Made by a program: the position numbers and the translations under genes. Below, one piece after another: positions 24,690-35,103 of a stretch of 64,000 nt of DNA. The stretch is from Mobula hypostoma. Taxonomy: Eukaryota. Every line of letters begins with the position of its first letter. Position 1 is the first letter of the stretch. Below the pieces are notes generated by a model. The model was given only the letters and a program-made list of their open reading frames with translations. It had not been told where the DNA came from and ran no database searches. The stretch covers positions 122,886,001 through 122,950,000 of the forward strand of contig NC_086097.1 of the NCBI RefSeq assembly GCF_963921235.1, written 5' to 3'.

Positions 24690-27110
24690 GACTCAGACCC
24701 CAAGATCCCTCTGATCCTCCACACTGCCAAGAGTCTTACCATTAATACTATATTCTGTCATTATAGTTGACCTACCATAATGAACCACGTCACACTTATC
24801 CGGTTGAACTCCATCTGCCACTTCTCAGCCCAGTTTTGCACCCTATCAATGTCCTGCTATAACCACTGACAGCCCTCCACACTATCCACAATTCCTCCAA
24901 CCTTTGTGTCATCAGAAAATTTACTAACTCATCCCTCCACTACTTCATCCAGGTCACTTATAAAAATCACGAAGACCTAGGGGTCCCAGAACAGATCCCT
25001 GAGGCACACCACTGGTGACCGACCTCCATACAGAATATGACCCATCTACAACCACTCTTTGCTTTCTGTGTGCAAACCAGTTCTGGATCCACAAAGCAAT
25101 ATCCCCCTGAATCCCATGCCTCCTTACTTTCTCAATAAACCTTGCATGGGGTACCTTGTCAAATGCCTTGCTGAAATCCATATACACGACATCTACTACT
25201 CTACCTTCATCAATATGTTTAGACAAATCCTCATAAAATTCAATCAGGCTCATAAGGCATGACTTGCCTTTCACAAAGCCATGCTGACTATTCCTAATCA
25301 TATTATGCCTCTCCAAATGATCATAAATCCTGCCTTTCAGGATCTTCTCCATCAAATTACCAACCACTGAAGTAAGACTCACTGGTCTATAGTTTCCCAG
25401 GCTATCTCTACCCCTTTCTTGAATAATGGAACAACATCCGTAACCCTCCAATCCTCCAGAAACTCTCCAGTCCCCAATTGTGATGCAAAGATCATCACCA
25501 GAGGCTCAGCAATCTCCTCCTTCGCTTCCCACAATAGCCTTGGGTACATCCCGTCCGATCCCGGTGACTTATTCAAATTGATGCCTCCCAAAACCTCCAG
25601 TACATCCTCTTTATTAATATCTGCATACTCAAGCTTTTCAGTCCGTTGTAAGTCATCCCTACAATCACCAAGATCCTTTTCCGGAGTGAATACTGAACCA
25701 AAGTACTCATTAAGTACCTCTGCTATCTCCTCTGGTTCCATACTCAGTTTTCCACTGTCACACTTGATTGGTCCCATTCTCTCACATCTTATCCTCTTGC
25801 TCTTCATATACTTGTAGAATGCCTTGGGGTTTTCCTTAATCCTGTCCACCAAGACATTCTCGGCCCCTTCTGGGTCTCCGAATTTCTTTCTTAATGTCCT
25901 TCCTGCTAGCCTTATAATCTTCTAGCTCTCTATCATTACCTAGATTTTTGAACCTTTTGTAAGATCTTCTTTCCTCGACTAGATTTACAACAGCCTTTGT
26001 ACACCACGGTTCCTGCACCCTACCATCCTTTCCCTGTCTCATTGGTATTTACTTATGCAGAACTCCACACAAAAATCCCCTGAACACTTGCCACATTTCT
26101 TCCATATGTTTCCTGAGAACATCTCTTCCCAATTTATGCTTCCAAGTTCCTGCCTGATAGCCTCATACTTCCCCTTATTCCAATTAAATGCTCTCCTAAC
26201 TTGTCTGTTCCTACCCTCTATGGTAAAGGAGATAGAATTGTGATCACTATCTCCAAAATCCTCTCTCACTGAGAGATCTGACACCTGACCAGGTTCATTT
26301 CCCAATATCAGATCAAGTACAGCCTCTCCTCTTGTAGCCTCATCTACATATTGTGTCAAGAAATCTTCTTGAACACACCTAACAAACTCCAGCCCATCTA
26401 AACCCCTCTCTCTATGGAAATGCCAATTGATATTTGGGAAATTAAAATCTCCCACCGCAACAACCCTGTCAGTATTACACCTTTCCAGAATCTGTCTCTC
26501 TATCTGCTCCTCGATGTCCCTGTTACTATTGGGTGGTCCATAAAGAACACCCAGTGGAGTTATTGACCCCTTCCTGTTCCTATCTTCCACCCACAAAGAC
26601 TCCAGAGACAATCCCTCCATGTCTTCTTCCTTTTCTGCAGCCATGACACTATCTCTGATCAGCAGTGCCACGCACCCACCTCTTTTGCCTCCCTCCCTGT
26701 TCTTTCTGAAACATCTAAAGCCTAGCACTCAAAGTAACCATTCCTGCCCCTGATCCATCCAAGTCTCTGTAATGGCCACAACATCATAGCTCCAAGTGCT
26801 GATCCACACTCTAAGCTCATCGGCTTTGTTCATAATACTCCTCGCATTAAAATAGACACATCTCAAACCATCGGTCTGAGCGTGTCCCTTCTCTATTACC
26901 TGCCTATCCTCCCTGTCGCACTGTCTCCAAGTTTTCTCTATTTGTGAGCAACCGCCCCTTCCTCCGTCTCTTCAGTTTGGTTCCCACCCCTCAGCAATCC
27001 TGGTTTAAACTCTCCCCAATAGTCTTAGCAAACTTCTCCACTAGGATATTGGTCACCCTGCCCCAAAAGAGGCCCCAATGATCCAGAAATCTGAATCCCT
27101 GCCCCCTGCA
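24690..27110 (-). mobile_element. CR1 LINE internal fragment (end of ORF1, APE, N-terminal RT), lacking a 3' tail
   Basis: ORFs 26039-26728 (GDFNFP, SDHNSISF), 25379-25852 and 24954-25451 (QHGF, DFSKAFDKVPH, GVPQGSVLGP). Confidence 0.85.
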
Positions 27111-27811
27111 CAGCCTCAAAATAGAGGGACATCCAGTTAGAACAGAGATGAGCAGGAACTTCTTTAGCCAGAAGGTGGCAAATCTGTGGAGTTCATTGCA
27201 AAAGGTGGCTGTCGAGGCCAGGTCACTGGGTGCATTTAAGATAGAGGTTGGTTGGTTCTCGCTCAGTTGGGATGTGGAAAGTTATGGGTGGAAGACAGGA
27301 GAATGGGATTGAGAAGGAAATGGATCAGCCAAATTGAGAAGACTTGATGGGCCAGATGGCTTATTCTGCTCCTATGTCATATGGTCTGATGGTCTAAAGA
27401 GCACTTTGATCATTTACAGCCTGCTGGCCTCACATCTGAAGCTGTAAGAGGAGAAGCAGAGAGGTGCAGCACCTGGAGGCATTAGTCACAAAATGAGGTG
27501 TAAAGGCCGAAGCTGAGTTCCCTTAACATACCCAAACAATGCTTTCTCAGGGTTAGTTGATGATATACCTCCATGGCCTCCTAAAGTTCAAAGTAAATTT
27601 GTTATCGAAGTATGTACAGTAGTTGTCTGAATAACATACTGTATATATATTCATCTGAGTTTTGTGAAATTGCTTCTTGAAAGATTCTGTAACAATATTG
27701 ACGAACTACTCTCAGTTCTGGTTTCACCGTTTGAAGATGGATAATGTGACTTATCTAGCGTATCTTTGCCACCAATCAGTTTCATAAAGGTTCATAGATT
27801 AACTTTCAAAG

Positions 27812-28020
27812 TGTAGTGTTTTTAATATTTCAGTAATATTGTAAATATATTGTTTGATTTAGCATTCTATGTCTACATCATGCATTACAGGTTATATGTA
27901 AAAAGTACATGAATGGTATACATCATTACATCACTGTGTTAAATGTGTGTGCCTCACTAAAATAACAACATTCTCCTGGGCATTTTTCTTTCAATTTTTT
28001 TCCAGTTGCAGAACATAACA
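27812..28020. mobile_element. Putative short solo LTR
   Basis: 209 bp, termini TGTAGTG...CATAACA forming an imperfect inverted repeat, flanked by caaag and caaaa. Confidence 0.55.
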
Positions 28021-28840
28021 CAAAAAGAATCTATTATCAAAGTACGTATACTATATGTCACCTGAGGTTCATTTTCTTGCAGGCATTCACAGTAGAATAA
28101 AGGACTACAATAGACTCAGTGAAAAACTACACACAAAGACTGACAAACAACCAATGCATAAAAGATCATAAATGTGAAAAATAAAAATAATTAAATAAAT
28201 AATACGTAGAATATGAGTTGTAGAATCCTTGAAAGTGGGTCCATAGTTTGAGGAAATAGTTCAGTCTGGAGATGATCCTGGATCCTGATGGTGTAGGGTA
28301 ATAACTGTTCCTGAACCTGGAGCCATTAGGCTCCTGAACCAGTGTTGATAAGGGAAGACCTTATCCCTTTTGGACCAGGTAGTCACATGCAATCATTGGC
28401 TTGTTTCTCTCTTTGCCAACTTTCTGGATCTGCTGAAACATGCCCATGATGGTCTTGTCAGCAACTCATAAATGCTTAAGTGACTGCCTGCTTTTCGAAG
28501 TCTGGCAATTATTTGTTGTGTACAGACATACGGTAGAGAGATAAATTGGCTGGTTGAGTGGGATCACAACAACAACCTTGTGCTCAACACCAAAGACCAG
28601 GGAAATCGTTGTGGACTACAGGAAGGGGAAGTCAAGGGAACACATACTGGTCCTTATTGAGGGGTCAGCACTGGTAAGAGTGAGCAGTTAATGTTCTTGG
28701 GTGTTAATCTCTCTGAAAATCTATCCTAGGCCCAACATATTATGAAAGCACACCAGTGACTATATTTCATTAGGAGTTTAGGGAGATCTCGTATTTCTAC
28801 AAATGTGCCGTGTCACCATCTGTTTTGGAGGGGCCACTGC

Positions 28841-29388
28841 TAGCTTTGCCAACTGTCCTGTATTAGCCGGGACATCCCGTATATTGGGCTAAATTGGTTC
28901 ATACCATACGGGACCGCCCTTGTCCCGTATTTCCCCCACTAAGGTAGAGCATTCTTATGAAACAGTTAGTAAGCCGAAATGGCGTAAAGCACAGAAGCAA
29001 CTACCATTAATTTATATGGGAAAAATTTTGAGTGTTCCCAGACCCAAAAAAAAACTACCAAATCATGCCAAATAACACATAAAACCGAAATTAACACTAA
29101 CATATAGTAAAAGCAGGAATGATATGATAAATGCACAGCCTATATAACGTAGAAATAATGTATGTACAATGTATCAGAATCGGGAGGATTAAGCCAAAAC
29201 CGATTTGTAGAAAAAAATCAGTACATACACGTATGCACACATCACGTATGCGCACGTCTTGCATGCGCACACAGGTGCCCGCGCAAGGCTTCATGGTCAT
29301 GGTAGCCTTTCTCGGGGTAAACACAAGTATCCCGTATTTGACTGCTACTTTTGTTCCTGATTTGGGAGTGAGAAAGTTGGCAACCCTA
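28841..29388. mobile_element. hAT-superfamily non-autonomous element (MITE)
   Basis: TIRs tagctttgccaact and agttggcaacccta. Perfect 8-bp TSD gccactgc (28833-28840 and 29389-29396). Confidence 0.9.
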
Positions 29389-29641
29389 GCCACTGCACGG
29401 GGTCAGAAAATGCTGCAGAGGTTTGTAAACTCTGTCAGCTCCATCATGGGCACCAGACTCCCCAGCGTTGAGTTCAGCTTCAACAGGCAATGCCTCAAAA
29501 AGGTGGCATCCATCATGAGGGATCACCTCCGCCCAGAACATGCCCTCTTCTCTTTACTACTATCAGATAAGTGGTACAGGAGCCTGAACACACACTCACA
29601 ATGTCTTACACAGCTTCTACCCTTCCACAAATGTCTGAATG

Positions 29642-30283
29642 GATTAGATTAGATTAGATTAGATTATGAGAACACGCAGTCCTCTTTTTTTGTTATCTAG
29701 TAATACATGCATTAAGAAATGATACAATATTCCTCCGGTGTGATACCACAAAAACACAGGACAGACCAAGACTGAAAAAACTAACAAAACCACATAATTA
29801 TAACATATAGTTACAACAGTGCAACGATACCAGAACTTGATGAAGAACAGTCCATGGCACAGTAAAAAAGTTCAAAGTTTCTCGAAAGTCCCACATCTCA
29901 CGCAGATGGGAGAAGGAAGAAAACTCTCCCTGCCGTGCCCGACCACAGTCTGACTCTGAGTCGTCCGAAAACTTCGAGCTCTGATCAGCCCTCCGACACT
30001 GAGTACCGAGCACCGTCTCTGTCCGAACGTTTCGACTTCAGCCTTGGTCGCCAGCGGCAGGCAAAGCCAGGGATTTTGAGACCTACCCTTCGGAGATTCT
30101 CGATTGCACAATAACAACAGCAGCGAACCAGGCATTCCAGAAATTTCTCCGAATGTTCCTCTGCTTCTCACATCTGTCTTCATCAAATCAGAATTGTCCA
30201 CGGCCCCTATTTAACAGATATGATATCATTTTCACCGGAGAGCTGCGCGCGGGTGTTGCGCTGCCATCTTCTCCTCCCGCCTC
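29642..30283 (-). mobile_element. Non-coding retroposon with GC-rich 5' end and (TAATC)n tail, apparently full length
   Basis: (gatta)n tail at 29642-29666. The minus-strand 5' end reads ggcgggaggagaagatggcagcg. A second copy lies at 12631-13160. Confidence 0.75.
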
Positions 30284-30834
30284 TGTGAACAACCCATGAA
30301 CATTACCTCACTATTTTCTGTTCTCTTTTTGCATTACTTATTTAATTTTAAAAATGTATTTGTTATTGTAATTTATAGCATATATTATGTACTGCATTGT
30401 ACTGCTGCTGCAAAACAATGAAGTTCATGACCTATGTCAGTGATAATAAACTTGATTTTGATTCTGATTTTGATTCTAATTGCATGATGCTGGTCAGAAT
30501 CAAATGACGCTGCATCATTATGTGGCTCAAATTCACAGGCACAAGAAGTCAAAATCTGTGTTTGGTATACAGCACAGAAGCAAACCCTGTGACCCACTGG
30601 TCCACATCATCCATCACACACCTATTGACAGCACTGAGATTCTTCCCAGAGTCTGCCACTTGCCTGCACACTAAGGTCAATATGCTGTAGCCAACCCACA
30701 TGCATGTAAGATGTCGGAGGAAAGCAGAAGGATTCACCAGATTTCAGGACTGAGCTACATCACTTGATCTGAGGGGCTGCAGCTCCACCAGACGCTGTAC
30801 TGTGCCGTCCAACAATGCCCAACAATAACAAGTT

Positions 30835-32202
30835 GACTCTGGAGCTGAGCGGGTTAACTTATGGGGAGAGACTAAGTCACCTGGGACTGTAGTCACTGGA
30901 ATTCAGAAGAACAAGAGGGGATCTTTAGAAATATATGAAATTATGAAAGGAATAGGTAAGATAGAAGCAAGGAAGTTGTTTCCACTGGTGTGAGTAGAAC
31001 TAGATCCGTGGGAGCAGATTTAAGATGGAGATGAGGAGAAACTGCTTTTCCCAGAAAGTAGTTGAAGCTGTGGAATTCTCTGACCAGAGAAGCTGTAGCA
31101 TCTACCTTACTAAATACATTTAAGACACAGTTTGATGGATTTTTGCATAACATAGGAATTAAGGGCTATGGGGAAAAGGCAGGCAGTTGGAGCTGAGTCC
31201 ATAGCCAGAGCAGCCATGATCTTATTGAATGGCGGAGCAGGCTTGATGTTCCAGATGGCCTACTCCTCCTCCTATTGCTTTAAGTCCTTAAAAATCCTCA
31301 AAACTGGCAGCTCCATTAAGAACAAACTGCACACAGTAATCTAACTGATCACCAAAAGCTTTTCAAAGTGTAATCCTGACAAAGTAAAGTAACAGAAACA
31401 AAGCTGTTAAATCAGTTAAGCAGCATGTAGCATGAGAAAGACATCGGTACAAATGACAGCAGTGACCTGAGTTCCATAGTTGGGGCTGTGATGTATTAAA
31501 ACCTTCACACCTGCTGTACAGAAAAGCAGATAAGCCGGCCTAGGCTGGCAGAATTGTCTAATAAATGAAGAGAAGCTGACATCAAATTAGACAGCAGGAA
31601 CAATCTGGTCTTTCTGCAAGAAGAAATATTCCTAGGGAAATGATAAACAAAGGATTATTTATTTGTTTTATGTTTCTTTTCACTGAATATGGCGGTCACT
31701 GGGAAGGCTGGTTCTTTTCAAAGCCTGAGCAATAAAAGGATTAATGTATGAGGAGCATTTGAAAGCTCTGGACCTGTACTCACTGGAGATTAGAAGATCG
31801 GGGGGTGAGGGGAAATCTCTTTGAAACTTATCGAACATTGAAGGACCTAGATAGAGTGAAAGTGAAGAGGATGTTTCCTACAGTGGGGGAGTCGAGGACC
31901 AGAGGGCACAGCCTCTGAATAGAAGGATGTCCCTTCAGAACAGAGATTATGAGGAATTTCTTTAGCCAGAGTGTGAAGAATCTGTGGTATTTTATTGCCA
32001 TAGATGGCTACGGAGGCCATAGTGATTGGGTATGTTTAAGGCGGAGGGTGATAGCTTCATAATTAGGAAGGGTATCAAAAGTTACAGGGAGAAGGCAAGA
32101 GATTGTGGTTGTGAGGGAAAATAAATCAGCCATGATAGAATGGTGGAGCAGACTCGATGGGTCAAATGATCTAATGCTGTTCCTATGTCTTATGGCCTTA
32201 TT
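30835..32202 (+). mobile_element. Two separate CR1 3' fragments (about 30835-31290 and 31730-32202)
   Basis: Degenerate RT C-terminal coding sequence and a CR1 3' UTR (gccatgat..aatgg.ggagcag..cctatg) in each. Confidence 0.75.
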
Positions 32203-32910
32203 GGAAGGTGGAGTTGACTTTTGAAAGTGGTAGTGCCTGTATTAAACACAGTGTACTGTGCTTTATTTATTGTGATTCCGTATACAGGAGTGATTTGATA
32301 GCACATTTCTGAGAATAGTTATTTCATCACCAGAACCGGCAGATTTTTTCACAGTAAAATTTATCTTTAAATGTAGAAACCCAGTTAGAAATCAATTTCA
32401 TTTCACTGTAATTGTGCAATTGCACCCGATCAATAAATATTGTTATTGATCCAAAGTACCTGCAAAGGAATTGAATTCACAGATTCCTAATCTAATCCTT
32501 TAACTGTAATAACAAACAGAGCAGATATCCAATGTGCTCTGCACTATTATGATGTTGAGTATAGCATTATAGCTTGACTCTCTTTCCTCTCCAACAACCA
32601 CCTAATTTCATGGAAAAGGAAAGAAGCATTAATTACTCAGGCCAAGTACTTGAGCGTTGGACCTTCCTCTTTCCACGATAAATGTTATTCAGCACTTAAA
32701 GTTTGTACACAGTGACATCCATTCCAGGTGGAAATAGATTCATTACTTGCTTTAAGTTTAGTGAATTAGCATTTATAGTAGAAGCCCGTAATTTGTAGCA
32801 ATTGTCCATAGTTCACTTGGGAAATAAATACCTGACCTTGGTAACACCTTTCATGGGTTGACAAGTACCTTCTAACCCTCTCAGTCCAACTTATCTGAAA
32901 AACTTCCAAT

Positions 32911-33406
32911 ATTAGATACCTCCTGTACGTAACCAAGTGGCCATTCAGTGTATGTTCATGGTCTTCTGCTGCTGAAGCCCATGACGTGCTGTGTATTCAG
33001 AAATGCTCTTCTGAAAACCACTATTATAATTTGTGGTTATTTGAGTTACTGTCACTTAAACCAGTCTGGCCATTCTCTTCTGACTTCTCTTATTAAGAAG
33101 ACACCCACAGACTGCCACATACTGGATGTTTTTCTTTTTTTTTTGCATCATTCTCTCTAATCTCTAGAGTCTGCTCTATGCAAAAATCTCAGGAGATCAG
33201 CACTTTCTGAGATTACTCAAACCACCCCAGTTGGCATCAACAATCATTCCACAGTCAAAGTCACTTAGATCACATTTCTTCCCCATTCTGATGTTTGGTC
33301 TGAACCTCTTGACCATGTCTGCATGCTTTTATGCATTGAGTTACTGCCACATGATTGGCTGATTATTGCATTGATGAGCAGGTGTACAGGTGTACCTAAT
33401 TAAGTG
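32911..33406 (-). mobile_element. Tc1-like remnant
   Basis: Reverse complement of the 13803-14833 and 60590-61010 family, including the ggtgtacaggtgtacctaat TIR portion. Confidence 0.75.
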
Positions 33407-33410
33407 TAGG

Positions 33411-33630
33411 TGCAACACACATAAAAGAGCTGGGGAAACTCTACAGGACAGACAGCATCTACGGAGGGAAATGAACAGTCAACATTTCAGGCCGAGATCC
33501 AATGAATGCAGGATGAACCCAAAAGATTGGCTGTGCATTTCCCTCGATAGATGCTGCTTGACCTGCTGAGTTCCTCCAGCATCTTTGTGTGTTGCTCCAG
33601 ATTTCCAACATCTCCTGTTCCTCATGTCTC
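33411..33630. mobile_element. Old Penelope-like fold-back insertion
   Basis: Imperfect inverted arms (gcaacacac..gctgg.gaaactc..cagcatct and agatgctg..gagttcctccagc..gtgtgttgc), homologous to 15664-15865. Confidence 0.7.
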
Positions 33631-34259
33631 TATACAATAAAGTACAATCTTCTTTTATTATTATCTGACATACACTATACAAAGCAAGGTCACTGATATT
33701 ATCAGTTGGAGGGTGGCTTAATCCTACATTATGAAATCAAAGATTGAGGCCCGGAGGTCGAATGAAGGTCCAGATTGAAGCCTGAAGGATGAATAGTGGT
33801 CCAGAATTCGAAGCCCAATGGCAAATCTCTGCGAGTTTGTTGGGGGCGTTGGGCCCCAGTGTCTGCAAATCCACAAGCCCGCTAGCTAGAAGCTGAAGAA
33901 GATGGCTTATTCTGGTGTTAGAGGGCTGTGTCCCTGTATGGGTTGGTTGGTGGGTGGGGCATTTTTCAATCGTTGCTTTGTCACTTGTTATGTTTTGTTT
34001 TGTTGTGTTGTGTGTTATTCTGCCGAGCATTGTAGGCATGCTATCTTGGCGCCAGAATGTGTAGCGGCCACTTGTGAGCTACCCTCAGTACTTGGGTGCA
34101 TTAGTTGTTTATCCATATGACACAATGCACTGTAATGTTTCAATGTACATGTGATAAATAAATCTAAATCTGTATCTCATTCATCGCTTTTGATTATTCA
34201 GCCTGACAGCTGGCTGTCAATCACCTGATATCACAGCTCAGTAATCATGGTTAGTCCCA

Positions 34260-34411
34260 CATATAAAACGCTGGAGGAACTCAGCAAGCCAGGCAGCAAT
34301 TAGGGAACGTCGACCGTACTCTTTTCTTAGATGCTGCCTGGCCAGCTGAGTTCCTTCAGCATTTTGTGTGTGTTGCTCAGATTTCCAGCATCTGCAGATT
34401 TTCTCCTGTTT
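34260..34411. mobile_element. Penelope-like fold-back insertion
   Basis: Inverted arms around aacgtcgac. 13-bp TSD atggt(t/c)agtccca at 34247-34259 and 34412-34424. Confidence 0.8.
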
Positions 34412-34501
34412 ATGGTCAGTCCCAATTCAGTTTAATAGACTGACCCTCGCCACTCAGCAATCATTGCTCTATAGAAGGGGTCACTTAATCAACCCTTGAG
34501 T

Positions 34502-34566
34502 TCACAAAAAATGTGAGCAACAAGCCATTTCTTCAAAGTCATAAATTCCTCCACCGGTAATCTCTT
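34502..34566 (-). CDS. Candidate terminal coding exon of an unknown short protein, copy 1: (E)EITGGGIYDFEEMACCSHFL*
   Basis: Acceptor-like ttttatttaaag. The frame is open to a TGA shared with the paralog at 61377-61438. No homolog recognised. Confidence 0.3.
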
Positions 34567-35103
34567 CTTTAAATAAAAATCAGTATGGAGACAAAACAGA
34601 AACGGGCCCTTCAGCTCATGAAATCCACACAGGTCATTGACCATCCATTTATGTCAATCCTACATTAATCATTTTTTTTATTTTTCCCACATTCCCATCA
34701 ACATGAGTTCCATGCGGGCAGGAGGAATGAGGTCCGATGACCTCTTAGATTCACGAATTGGAGTTCGAGGCCCAGTGTTCAGGAACCCATCATCAACGAG
34801 TCTGGAGTTCGAGGCCTTGTGTTTGAGATCAGTAGGTCTTGTGGGTGATGCTGAGGATCGAATTGGAAGTCGACTAGAGGATGGAGATGGACTATCTTGG
34901 GGTTAGAGGACTATACAAATGCCCGAATTGGAGGGACGTGTTCGCCGGAATGTGCTGAAACACTTGCGGGCTGCCCCCATCATACACATGGGTGTGTCGC
35001 CTGTTATTGCAAACAATGCATTTCACTGCGTTTTGATGTATGCTCGATGAATAAACTTCTCCCATATTCTACCACTCACCTACAATTAACAGCAGCCATT
35101 TAA

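Larger units (their letters stand above)
28500..30480 (+). mobile_element. Degenerate Rex1/Babar-type LINE hosting a hAT MITE and a TAATC-tailed retroposon
   Basis: RT C-terminal remnants (QKMLQRFVNSVSSIMG..LPS, CLKKVASIMRD..PEHALFSLL) and an aataaac..(tgattc)n tail at about 30445-30480. Confidence 0.75.

Noticed and set aside
31290..31730. Unique stretch with GATA and E-box motifs, possibly an enhancer
   Set aside because: Such short motifs are expected by chance, and there are no conservation or chromatin data to support it.
32911..33406. Tc1 remnants beside both duplicated blocks as part of the duplication
   Set aside because: They are in opposite orientations (minus here, plus at 60590) and the family is common in the window, so independent insertion is equally likely.
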